Positions 26,628-34,835 of a stretch of 64,000 nt of DNA are shown one piece after another. The position numbers were made by a program, and so were the translations under genes. Source of the DNA: Candidatus Omnitrophota bacterium (GTDB lineage: Bacteria > Omnitrophota > Gorgyraeia > Aquiviventales > Aquiviventaceae); NCBI GenBank assembly GCA_016180575.1, contig JACPAY010000007.1, positions 1,457 through 65,456 on the forward strand, given 5' to 3'. The stretch's first letter is position 1. Each line of letters opens with the position of its first letter. The notes below the pieces were generated by a model. The model was not told the DNA's origin. It saw only the letters and a list, made by a program, of their open reading frames with translations, and did no database searches.

Positions 26628-27622
26628 CGCTGCTGACCGCGCTGCTCGCCGGGGGTGTCGTGCTCGCGCTGGCGGTGTACATCCTGCGGCAGGCGGCGCA
26701 GATGATCCGGCACCGGCTCGAGGCGCTCGAGCAGGCCGCCCGGAGGCAGGTGGAGGAGCGCGAGGCGCTGATCCGGCAGCGGAGCGAGGAGCTGCTCCAG
26801 CAGCGCCGGGAGACCATCGAGCAGATCGCCGCGATCCACGAACGGTTCGGGCAGGTCCAGACCCAGATCCAGGGGCTGCACGAGCTGCAGGGCAAGGTCG
26901 GAGAGCTCAACGACCTGCTCAAACCGCAGCAGCTGCGGGGCGAGCTGGGGGAGGTCATCGTGCGGAACCTCCTGGCCGACAAGCTGCCCAAGCAGTACGA
27001 AGAGGAGCACACGTTTTCGGATGGCAAGAAGGTCGAGTTCGCGATCCGGCTGAACGACAAGCTGATCCCGGTCGATTCCAAGCTCCAGCTCGAAGACTAC
27101 AAGCGGCTGCGGGACGCCGATGAGCGGCAGCGTCCGGCGCTGCGGACCGAGTTCAAACGGAAGGTGCGGCAGAAGATCGACGAGGTGAAGCAGTACATCC
27201 GCCCGCAGGAGGGGACGACGAACTTCGCCTTGATGGTGATCCCCTCCGAGGCGGTGTTCTACGAGCTGGTGGCGAGCAAGGATTTCACGGAGGACGGCGG
27301 CCTCTACGACTACGCGCAGATGCAGCGCGTGTTCCTGACCTCGCCGCTGACGTTCTGGGCGTACCTCACGACCATCGCCCAGGGGCTGAAGGGCCTCGAG
27401 ATCGAGCACCGGGCCGAAGAGGTGCTCGCCTCGCTGCAGCACCTCGCCGCCCAGGTGCGCAGCTTCGTGCAGGAGGAGTTCCGGAAGCTCGGCGGCCACC
27501 TGCGCAACGCCACCAGCCAGTACGATCAGGCCGAGAAGGCGCTGAAAGACGTGGAGCAGGCCCTGACGGACCTGGAGCGGATCGGCGCCCCCCACCAGCC
27601 GCACGAGGGCGCGATTCCATGA
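26624..27622 (+). CDS. rmuC: DNA recombination protein RmuC
   Basis: Track ORF; N-terminal TM helix, long coiled coil, then LRGELGEVIVRNLLADKLP…FAIRLNDKLIPVDSK RmuC-like nuclease region. Confidence 0.8.
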   Translation: MTLLTALLAGGVVLALAVYILRQAAQMIRHRLEALEQAARRQVEEREALIRQRSEELLQQRRETIEQIAAIHERFGQVQTQIQGLHELQGKVGELNDLLKPQQLRGELGEVIVRNLLADKLPKQYEEEHTFSDGKKVEFAIRLNDKLIPVDSKLQLEDYKRLRDADERQRPALRTEFKRKVRQKIDEVKQYIRPQEGTTNFALMVIPSEAVFYELVASKDFTEDGGLYDYAQMQRVFLTSPLTFWAYLTTIAQGLKGLEIEHRAEEVLASLQHLAAQVRSFVQEEFRKLGGHLRNATSQYDQAEKALKDVEQALTDLERIGAPHQPHEGAIP

Positions 27623-27789
27623 TCGACCCGAAGCTGCTGGAGATCCTGATCTGCCCGGCCTGCAAGGCCGAGGTGAAGCTGGAGCAGGACCGCCTCGTCT
27701 GCACTCGATGCGGGCGGCGCTATCCCATCCGCGACGGGATCCCCGTCATGCTGATCGGCGAGGCCGAGCCGGGCCCGGCGGGCAGATGA
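27619..27789 (+). CDS. Trm112/UPF0434 (YcaR)-family small zinc-ribbon protein
   Basis: Not in the track (56 aa). Hand translation MIDPKLLEILICPACKAEVKLEQDRLVCTRCGRRYPIRDGIPVMLIGEAEPGPAGR; ATGA overlaps at both ends. Confidence 0.85.
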   Translation: MIDPKLLEILICPACKAEVKLEQDRLVCTRCGRRYPIRDGIPVMLIGEAEPGPAGR

Positions 27790-28220
27790 AGATCCTGGTG
27801 ATCCACGGGCCGAACCTCCAGCTCCTGGGCAAGCGCCAACCCTCCATCTACGGGCACGCGGACCTGGCGTCGATCAACCGGGACCTCAAGCGGCGGGCGG
27901 CGGCGCGGCGGGCGGCGCTGACCATCGTGCAGTCCAACCATGAGGGCGAGATCGTGGAGCGGATCGGCGCGGCCAAGGACCGCTATGACGCGATCCTCAT
28001 CAACCCGGCCGCCTACACGCACACCAGCGTCGCCATCCGCGACGCGATCGAGGCCGCCGGCGTGCCCGCGGTGGAGGTCCACCTCTCCAACATCTACGCG
28101 CGCGAGCCGTTCCGGCACCAGTCGCTGATCGCCCCGGTCTGCCGGGGCCAGGTCTGCGGGTTCGGCGCCGCCAGCTACCGCTTGGGGCTCGAAGCGGCCC
28201 TCGCGCTGGGGAAGCATTGA
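27786..28220 (+). CDS. aroQ: type II 3-dehydroquinate dehydratase
   Basis: In-frame ATG 27786 in track ORF 27708..28220; MKILVIHGPNLQLLGKRQPSIYG… and HLSNIYAREPFRH motifs. Confidence 0.95.
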   Translation: MKILVIHGPNLQLLGKRQPSIYGHADLASINRDLKRRAAARRAALTIVQSNHEGEIVERIGAAKDRYDAILINPAAYTHTSVAIRDAIEAAGVPAVEVHLSNIYAREPFRHQSLIAPVCRGQVCGFGAASYRLGLEAALALGKH

Positions 28221-28777
28221 TGATCTCGACGACCGAGTTCCGCAGCGGCGTCGCGGTCGTCCTCGACGGCCAGCTCTGGACCATCGTGGAGTTCCAGCAC
28301 GTCAAGCCCGGCAAGGGGGGCGCCTTCGTCCGCACGAAGCTGCGGCGAATGCGGGATGGGTCCGTCATCGAGCGCACCTTCCGGGCCGGCGAGAAGTTCC
28401 AGGAGGCCTATGTCGAGAAGCGGACGTTCCAATACCTCTATCGGACCGCCGACGCCTTCCACCTGATGGACACCGCGTCGTACGAGCAGCTCCAGGTCCC
28501 GGCGTCCGCGCTGGGGCAGGCGGCGGGCTTCCTCAAGGAGAACATGGAGCTGGAAGGCCAGTTCCACGAGGGGCAGCTCATCGGCATCCAGCCGCCCATG
28601 TTCGTCGACGTCCACGTGCAGTCCACCGAGCCCGGCGTGCGGGGCGACACCTCCAAGGGCGGCATGAAGCCAGCGACCTTGGAAACCGGCGCCACCATCC
28701 AGGTGCCGCTCTTCATTGAACCGGGCGACCTGATCCGGGTCGACACGAGGACCAGCTCCTACGTCTCCCGCGTGTAA
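28220..28777 (+). CDS. efp: elongation factor P
   Basis: Track ORF 28217..28777 (ATG 28220); FQHVKPGKGGAFVRTKLR loop with conserved Lys. Confidence 0.95.
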   Translation: MISTTEFRSGVAVVLDGQLWTIVEFQHVKPGKGGAFVRTKLRRMRDGSVIERTFRAGEKFQEAYVEKRTFQYLYRTADAFHLMDTASYEQLQVPASALGQAAGFLKENMELEGQFHEGQLIGIQPPMFVDVHVQSTEPGVRGDTSKGGMKPATLETGATIQVPLFIEPGDLIRVDTRTSSYVSRV

Positions 28778-28804
28778 GGGCCGCGGCAACCGAGCGAGGG
28801 CAAC

Positions 28805-29284
28805 GTGGAAAAGCGACTGAAGGCGTCCGAACGGGAAGCGTTCCGGCTCATTGAGGAGATGCTCCAGCTCATGGAAAGCCGCGGCCTCGTGGAGCTGGAG
28901 ATGGAGCATCAGGGCCTGCGGATCCGCCTCAAGAAGGCCGCCACGGGCCAGGCCCCGCAGGTGGTCGAGTATGTCACGGGCGTGCCCCATCCGGTCGCCC
29001 CGGGGCCCGGCCAGCCGCCGGCGACCGCTGAAGAGGGGCATCGCATCGTCATCAAGTCGCCGATGGTCGGCACGTTCTACCGCGCCCCGGCGCCCGACGC
29101 GCCCCCGTTTGCGGAGGTCGGACAGGACATCGAGGTCGGCCAGGTCGTCTGCATCCTGGAGGCGATGAAGCTGATGAACGAGATCAAATCCGAGGTCGCC
29201 GGCCGCATCAGCGAGATCCTGGTTGAGAGCGGTTCGCCGGTGGAGTTCGGCCAGCCCCTCTTCGTGGTCGAGCCGCGCGAGTAG
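28805..29284 (+). CDS. accB: acetyl-CoA carboxylase biotin carboxyl carrier protein
   Basis: Track ORF; biotinyl-lysine motif EAMKLMNEI. Confidence 0.95.
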   Translation: MEKRLKASEREAFRLIEEMLQLMESRGLVELEMEHQGLRIRLKKAATGQAPQVVEYVTGVPHPVAPGPGQPPATAEEGHRIVIKSPMVGTFYRAPAPDAPPFAEVGQDIEVGQVVCILEAMKLMNEIKSEVAGRISEILVESGSPVEFGQPLFVVEPRE

Positions 29285-29305
29285 CCCCGCGGGCGCCCCC
29301 GGCCG

Positions 29306-30661
29306 ATGTTTTCGAAGATCCTGATCGCCAACCGGGGAGAGATCGCCGTCCGCGTCATCCGGGCCTGCAAGGAGATGGGCATCCGGACGGTCGCGGTCTA
29401 CTCCGAGGCGGACCGGAGCAGCCTCCACGTCCGCCTGGCCGACGAGGCGATCTGCATCGGGGGCCCGAAGCCTGAGCAGAGCTACCTCAATATCCCGGCG
29501 ATCATCAGCGCCGCCGAGATCACGGATGTCGAGGGGATCCACCCGGGCTACGGCTTCCTCTCCCAGAACGCCCACTTCGCGGAGATCTGCGAATCCTGCA
29601 ACATCACCTTCATCGGGCCGCCCCCGCAGGCGATGCAGCTCATGGGCGACAAGCTCGCGGCGAAGGACCTCATGCGGAAGGCCGGCATCCCGATCATCCC
29701 CGGGAGCATGGCCGCGGTCCGCAACAAGGAGGACGCCCTGAAGACCGCCCGGCGCATCCAGTACCCGGTCATCGTCAAGGCGGCGGCGGGCGGGGGCGGG
29801 CGGGGGATGCGGGTGTGCCACAATGACGTCCGGCTCATCAGCGCCCTCATGACCTGCCAGGCGGAGGCCGAGGCCAGCTTCGGCAACCGGGACGTCTTCG
29901 TCGAGAAGTACCTCCCGGAGCCCCGGCACATCGAGTTCCAGATCCTCGCGGACAGGTTCGGCCACACGATCCACCTGGGGGAGCGGGATTGCACGATCCA
30001 GCGGCGCCACCAGAAGCTCGTGGAGGAATCGCCCTCCCCGGCGGTCGACGCGAAGCTCCGGCGGAAGATGGGCGAGCTGTCGGTCCGGGCGGCCAAGGCG
30101 GCCGGGTACGTCTCCGCGGGGACGGTGGAGTTCCTCCTCAGCCGGGACGGGACGTTCTACTTCATCGAGATGAACACCCGCATCCAGGTCGAGCACCCGG
30201 TCACGGAGATGGTGACGGGGCTCGACCTCGTCAAGGAGCAGATCCGGATCGCGGCGGGCGAATCGCTCGGCTATAAACAGGACGACATCGCCCTGGAGGG
30301 GTGGGCGATCGAATGCCGGGTCAACGCGGAAGACCCCTCGAACGGGTTCTCGCCCTGTCCGGGCCGCATCACGGAGTACCAGCCCCCGGGCGGGCGCGGC
30401 ATCCGCGTGGACACGCATGTCTTCGCCGGCTACGACGTGCCCCCGTTCTACGACTCCCTGCTCGCCAAGGTCATCAGCGTCGGGACCTCGCGCGAGGACG
30501 CCATCCGGATCATGCAGCGCGCGCTGGACGAGTTTCTCATCGAGCCGATCCGGACCACGATCCCCCTCCACCGGCAGATCTTCAGCGACCCGACATTCTG
30601 GCGCGGGCAGCTGGCCACCAACTACCTCGATCGGCAACTGCAACTTGGGGAGGCTGAATGA
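29306..30661 (+). CDS. accC: acetyl-CoA carboxylase biotin carboxylase
   Basis: Track ORF; [21 protein letters not shown]… and ATP-grasp blocks. Confidence 0.97.
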   Translation: MFSKILIANRGEIAVRVIRACKEMGIRTVAVYSEADRSSLHVRLADEAICIGGPKPEQSYLNIPAIISAAEITDVEGIHPGYGFLSQNAHFAEICESCNITFIGPPPQAMQLMGDKLAAKDLMRKAGIPIIPGSMAAVRNKEDALKTARRIQYPVIVKAAAGGGGRGMRVCHNDVRLISALMTCQAEAEASFGNRDVFVEKYLPEPRHIEFQILADRFGHTIHLGERDCTIQRRHQKLVEESPSPAVDAKLRRKMGELSVRAAKAAGYVSAGTVEFLLSRDGTFYFIEMNTRIQVEHPVTEMVTGLDLVKEQIRIAAGESLGYKQDDIALEGWAIECRVNAEDPSNGFSPCPGRITEYQPPGGRGIRVDTHVFAGYDVPPFYDSLLAKVISVGTSREDAIRIMQRALDEFLIEPIRTTIPLHRQIFSDPTFWRGQLATNYLDRQLQLGEAE

Positions 30662-30735
30662 TCCTTCGACTCGCTTCGCTCGCTCAGGATCATGGTGAGC
30701 AAGTCCCGCCATTGGCGGGACGCGTCGAACCATGA
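30657..30735 (+). repeat. R2 gene-junction element (accC stop to pfk start)
   Basis: AATGATCCTTCGACTCGCTTCGCTCGCTCAGGATCATGGTGAGCAA-GTCCCGCCATTGGCGGGAC-GCGTCGAACCATGA. Confidence 0.9.
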
Positions 30736-31772
30736 GCGCTTCTGCGCGGCACCTGGGCGTGCTGACCGGCGGCGGCGACTGCCCCGGGCTCAACCCGGTC
30801 ATCCGGGCCGTCACGCGGCGGGCGATCCAGGGGGGGTTCGCGGTCATCGGCATCCGCAACGGCTGGAAGGGCCTCATCGAGGGCGACACGATGGCCCTGG
30901 ACCTCCAATCAGTCTCCGGCATCCTGCCGAAGGGCGGGACGATCCTGGGGACCTCCCGGACAAACCCCTACAAGCGGCCGGAGCAGCTCGCCCAGCTCCA
31001 TGAGACGGTCAAGCGCCTCAAGCTGGACGCCCTCATCGCGATCGGAGGTGAGGACACGCTCGGCGTCGCCACGAAGCTCGTGAAAGACGGTCTCAGGATC
31101 GTGGGGGTGCCCAAGACCATCGACAACGACCTGGCGATGACCGACTACACCTTCGGGTTCGACACGGCGGTCAACATCGCCATGGAGGCGATCGACCGGC
31201 TCCATACGACCGCCGAGAGCCACCACCGCATCATGGTGGCCGAGGTGATGGGGCGCCACGCCGGCTGGATCGCGACGTGCGCCGGCATCGCCGGCGGAGC
31301 GGACATCATCCTCATCCCGGAGGAGCCGATCGATCTGGACGCCGTCTGCGCCCTCATCAAGAAGCGCCACGCCCGCGGCAAGGACTTCAGCATCGTCGTG
31401 GTCGCGGAAGGCGCTCGGTTCAAGCAGGACGCCAACGTCACCGTCGAAGAAAAGCTGGACGAGTTCGGCCATGTCCGCCTGGGCGGAATCGGGCATGTCC
31501 TCGGGAGCCACATCGAGCAGCGAACCGGCTACGAGACGCGGGTGACGGTCCTGGGCCACCTCCAGCGCGGCGGCAGCCCGACCGCCTTCGACCGCATCCT
31601 GGGCACCCGGTTCGGCATCAAGGCGGTGGAGCTCGTCCTGGCGGGGCAGTTCGGCTCCATGGTGAGCCTCCAGGGCAACAAGATCGTCGCCGTCCCCATC
31701 GAGCAGGCCACCGGGTCGCTCAAGACGGTTGACCCGGAGCTCTACGAGATCGCAAAGATCTTCTTCGGATGA
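30732..31772 (+). CDS. 6-phosphofructokinase, residue pattern suggests pyrophosphate dependence
   Basis: Track ORF; GGGDCPGLN, IGGEDT (Asp where E. coli PfkA has Gly104) and PKTIDND (Lys where PfkA has Gly124); start ATG lies inside repeat R2. Confidence 0.85.
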   Translation: MSASARHLGVLTGGGDCPGLNPVIRAVTRRAIQGGFAVIGIRNGWKGLIEGDTMALDLQSVSGILPKGGTILGTSRTNPYKRPEQLAQLHETVKRLKLDALIAIGGEDTLGVATKLVKDGLRIVGVPKTIDNDLAMTDYTFGFDTAVNIAMEAIDRLHTTAESHHRIMVAEVMGRHAGWIATCAGIAGGADIILIPEEPIDLDAVCALIKKRHARGKDFSIVVVAEGARFKQDANVTVEEKLDEFGHVRLGGIGHVLGSHIEQRTGYETRVTVLGHLQRGGSPTAFDRILGTRFGIKAVELVLAGQFGSMVSLQGNKIVAVPIEQATGSLKTVDPELYEIAKIFFG

Positions 31773-32341
31773 GCGCCGAGGACACGATCCGGGCGAGCCT
31801 CCGGGAGACCGCCCGGCTCCTGGCGGAGTTCCCGGATGCCCAGACCGCCCGGGTCGCCAAGGCCGCCTCACTCATGGCGGAAGCGGTCCGCTCCGGCCGG
31901 AAGGTCATCTGGTTCGGCAACGGCGGCTCGGCGACGCAGGGCCAGCACATGGCGGCGGAGTTCGTGGGGCGGTTCCGGAAGGAGCGCCGCGCCCTGCCAT
32001 CGATCTCGCTGACCGAGAACATGGCCAGCGTCACCGCGATCGGCAACGACTACGCCTTCGAGCGGATCTTCGCGCGGCAGCTCGAAGGCCTGGGGCAGGC
32101 CGGGGACGCGGCGGTGGGGCTCTCAACCTCAGGGAACTCGCCCAACGTCCTCGAGGGGCTCCGCCAGGCCAAGGCGCTGGGCCTCTCCGCCATCGGCCTC
32201 ACCGGCGGCGACGGTGGGCGCATGGAAGCGCTGTGCGACGTCTGCATCTGCGTGCCCTCGACGGTCACGGCGCACGTCCAGGAAGCCCACCTCGCCATCG
32301 GGCACATCCTCTGCGGGCTGGTGGAAGATGCCATCAAATGA
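31769..32341 (+). CDS. gmhA: phosphoheptose isomerase (SIS domain)
   Basis: Track ORF; [17 protein letters not shown]…, [11 protein letters not shown]…, [12 protein letters not shown] blocks. Confidence 0.9.
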   Translation: MSAEDTIRASLRETARLLAEFPDAQTARVAKAASLMAEAVRSGRKVIWFGNGGSATQGQHMAAEFVGRFRKERRALPSISLTENMASVTAIGNDYAFERIFARQLEGLGQAGDAAVGLSTSGNSPNVLEGLRQAKALGLSAIGLTGGDGGRMEALCDVCICVPSTVTAHVQEAHLAIGHILCGLVEDAIK

Positions 32342-32407
32342 GGAGTCCGGTTCCCGCTTTCCCATCGGAGAACTCTGGGAAACCGGGAACCGGACCCGGG
32401 ACTATCG
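32338..32407 (+). repeat. R4 70-nt hairpin element (gmhA stop / hldC start)
   Basis: One substitution relative to the 17037 copy by eye; the gmhA TGA is nt 2-4 of the element. Confidence 0.9.
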
Positions 32408-32411
32408 GAGA

Positions 32412-32900
32412 CTGAAGGGACTTTCGCGCAAGATCAAATCAGCGGCCGCGCTCGCGCGCCTCGTGCGCGCGGCGCAGGCCCGCGGGCGGACCGTCGTCTT
32501 CACGAACGGCTGCTTCGACCTCCTCCACGCCGGCCATGTCACGCTCCTTGAGCGGGCCAGGCGGTGCGGTGACCTCCTCATCATCGGCCTCAACAGCGAC
32601 CGCTCGGTCCGGGCGCTCAAGGGGCCGCACCGCCCCCTCGTGGGCCAGCGGGACCGCGCGCGGTGCCTCGCGGCGCTGGAGAGCGTGGACTACGTCACCG
32701 TCTTCCACGACCGCACGCCCCGCCGGCTGATCGAGCGGCTGCGCCCGGACGTGCTGATCAAGGGCGCCGATTGGGGGCGCGCCGCGATCGTCGGCCGCGA
32801 CGCGGTCGAATCGCGCGGCGGCCGGGTCATCCGGCTGCCGCTCCTCAAGGGCTACTCCACCTCGCAGCTCATCGCCCGCATCCGACGGCATGGCAGCTAG
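32412..32900 (+). CDS. hldC: D-glycero-beta-D-manno-heptose-1-phosphate adenylyltransferase (RfaE domain II type); start codon unresolved
   Basis: Frame of track ORF 32214..32900; [19 protein letters not shown] cytidylyltransferase motif. No ATG after gmhA; candidate starts are CTG 32412 or GTG 32463. Confidence 0.75.
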   Translation: MKGLSRKIKSAAALARLVRAAQARGRTVVFTNGCFDLLHAGHVTLLERARRCGDLLIIGLNSDRSVRALKGPHRPLVGQRDRARCLAALESVDYVTVFHDRTPRRLIERLRPDVLIKGADWGRAAIVGRDAVESRGGRVIRLPLLKGYSTSQLIARIRRHGS

Positions 32901-33318
32901 AACCTCGCTGCTTCGCCTCATCGACGCCAACGCCAACCGCGCGCTCGAGGGGCTGCGCGTCTGCGAGGACATCGCCCGCTTCCATCTGAGATCCCCCAAC
33001 GTCTTCCGGCGCTCCCGCGCCCTGCGGCATGCCGTGGCGCAGGCCATCCGGCGGCTGCCCGCGACCCCCGCGGACTTTGCGCGGGCGCGCGAGAGCCGAC
33101 GCGACGTCGGCCGGCGGGCGCCGGCCGCGCGCATCGCCTCCCTGGAGCAGCTGCTCCTCATCAACTTCCAGCGCGCCAAAGAAGCGCTCCGGGCGCTGGA
33201 AGAGAGCGCGCGCCTCTTAGCGCCGCGCGAGGCGGCGACCTTTCAGCGGCTGCGGTTCCGCGCCTACGAGGTGGAACGTGCGCTCCTGCTCGCGCTGGAC
33301 GCTCTACGTCATCGTTGA
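32890..33318 (+). CDS. ThiE-associated N-terminal domain protein (ThiD2-like)
   Basis: Track ORF; [25 protein letters not shown] resembles the domain fused to the N-terminus of ThiE in some lineages. Overlaps thiE by 41 nt in another frame. Confidence 0.55.
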   Translation: MAARTSLLRLIDANANRALEGLRVCEDIARFHLRSPNVFRRSRALRHAVAQAIRRLPATPADFARARESRRDVGRRAPAARIASLEQLLLINFQRAKEALRALEESARLLAPREAATFQRLRFRAYEVERALLLALDALRHR

Positions 33319-33919
33319 CCGCGCGGCCGCCGGATCCCGGCCGCTCGATGAGCTCGCCGCCGGCGCGATCCGCGGCGGAGCCGACGCCCTCCAGCTGCGG
33401 GATAAGGCCGCCTCCGCCCGCCAGCTCCTGGAAGAGGCGCGGCGTCTCTTGGCGATCACCCGACGCGCCCGCATCCCCCTGATCATCAATGACCGGGCCG
33501 ATGTGGCGGCGGCGGCCGGGGCCGACGGGGTCCACCTCGGCCAGGATGACCTGCCGCTCCCCGAGGCGCGGCGGCTGCTGGGCCCCCGTAGGCTGATCGG
33601 CCAGTCCACGCACAGCCTCGAGCAGGCGGCGGCGGCCGAGGCGGCCGGGGCGGACTACATCGGGTTCGGTCCCATCTTTCCCACGCCGACGAAGCCCGAC
33701 TACGAGCCCATCGGCACCGGCCTCATCGGCCCGGTGGCCTCGCGCGTGCGGCGGCCCGTCGTGTGCATCGGCGGCATCGACCGGGGGAACCTCGAGCAGG
33801 TCATCGACGCGGGGGCCACGCGGGTCGCGGTGGTGCGGGCGGTGTGCGCCGCGGCGGACCCGGAAGCGGCCGCCCGCGACCTCAAGGCGCTCCTGACGCG
33901 GCACGCGGCGCGCCGATGA
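33278..33919 (+). CDS. thiE: thiamine-phosphate synthase
   Basis: Track ORF; LYVIVD…, ALQLRDK…, LIINDRADVAAAAGADGVHLGQDD…, IGGI… blocks. Confidence 0.9.
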   Translation: MRSCSRWTLYVIVDRAAAGSRPLDELAAGAIRGGADALQLRDKAASARQLLEEARRLLAITRRARIPLIINDRADVAAAAGADGVHLGQDDLPLPEARRLLGPRRLIGQSTHSLEQAAAAEAAGADYIGFGPIFPTPTKPDYEPIGTGLIGPVASRVRRPVVCIGGIDRGNLEQVIDAGATRVAVVRAVCAAADPEAAARDLKALLTRHAARR

Positions 33920-34073
33920 AACCAGCAGCCGCCCGATCAGGAAATTTCTTCCCCCACCTTTCACTCACCAACTATAATGCGTGGGGAGGGGGACCAGGGA
34001 GCCCCAAGTGTTCCGCGCAGGAAAGGGGAGACCAGCGACCCCGCGAGTGGATGTGCATGGCGGGGGAGCGATA

Positions 34074-34100
34074 GGAGGGGAAAACCACGTTTTCCCCTCC
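34074..34100 (+). other. perfect 12-bp stem / 3-nt loop hairpin in the untranslated tract upstream of tRNA-Gly
   Basis: GGAGGGGAAAAC-CAC-GTTTTCCCCTCC read directly; no U-tract follows. Confidence 0.5.
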
Positions 34101-34134
34101 TATGGAGGACCCCTCGGATTTCTATGGGTCCGAC

Positions 34135-34205
34135 GCGGGTATAGCACAGTGGTAGTGCGCTAGCTTCCCAAGCTAGTAACGCGGGTTCGATTCCCGCTAC
34201 CCGCT
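34135..34205 (+). tRNA. tRNA-Gly (anticodon CCC)
   Basis: Hand-folded cloverleaf: acceptor GCGGGTA/TACCCGC, D-arm GCAC/GTGC, anticodon arm CTAGC-TTCCCAA-GCTAG, T-arm GCGGG-TTCGATT-CCCGC; CCA not encoded. Confidence 0.9.
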
Positions 34206-34229
34206 TTTCCGTGCACCTCATCATCCATT

Positions 34230-34835
34230 ATGCGAGCAGCCCTACTCAGTGCGGTGTTATTGACCGGTCTTGCCGGCTGCGAGACCATCCCGGAGGCCAG
34301 CAGCGCGCCGCGCTCATCGCGGCCGGCCGCGCCCGCCTTCCAGGGGTCCTACCACTACGTCCAGCGGGGAGAGACGCTCTGGCGCATCGCCCGCTCCTAC
34401 GGCCTCGAGGTCAATGCCCTGGCTCGGGCCAATCGGCTGCGCGATGCGAGTGCGCTCCGTGTCGGCCAGAAGCTCTTTATCCCGGTCCCGGCGGAATCGC
34501 AGGCGTTCTTCTGGCCGGCGAGGGGACGGGTGGGGCGGTCGGGCTCAAGCGGCGTCTCCATCTCGGCCCCGCCCGGCAGCCTGGTGCGCGCCTCCCGCAG
34601 CGGGAGGGTGGCGGTCGCCACCCACCGGCTGTCCGGCTGGGGCAAGGCGGTCGTGCTCGACCACCTGGACGGCTATCTCACCGTGTACGCGGGGCTGGAC
34701 CAGCTCCTCGCGGCGCCGGGCGCCAACCTCCGGCAGGGCGTTCCGCTGGGCAGCCTCGGCAACCGAGCCCTGCATTTTGAAATTCGCTACGGCACCACCT
34801 CGAGAGACACCTTAGCCCTGCTGCCAGGCGAATGA
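34230..34835 (+). CDS. NlpD-like lipoprotein: LysM domain plus degenerate LytM (M23) domain
   Basis: Track ORF; lipobox LLTGLAGC; LysM YHYVQRGETLWRIARSYGLEVNALARAN. In the M23-like part the HxxxD and HxH zinc-ligand positions read SGVSIS, YAGL and ALHFE. Confidence 0.75.
   Translation: MRAALLSAVLLTGLAGCETIPEASSAPRSSRPAAPAFQGSYHYVQRGETLWRIARSYGLEVNALARANRLRDASALRVGQKLFIPVPAESQAFFWPARGRVGRSGSSGVSISAPPGSLVRASRSGRVAVATHRLSGWGKAVVLDHLDGYLTVYAGLDQLLAAPGANLRQGVPLGSLGNRALHFEIRYGTTSRDTLALLPGE

Noticed and set aside
28175-30922. 915-aa minus-strand ORF spanning efp, accB and accC
   Set aside because: It lies fully antisense to three unambiguous genes and its composition is typical of shadow ORFs in high-GC DNA.
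33985-34133. SRP (4.5S) RNA, 6S RNA or a riboswitch upstream of tRNA-Gly
   Set aside because: I could not find the conserved SRP helix-8 motifs or any riboswitch core by eye. It is kept only as an unassigned candidate in the findings.
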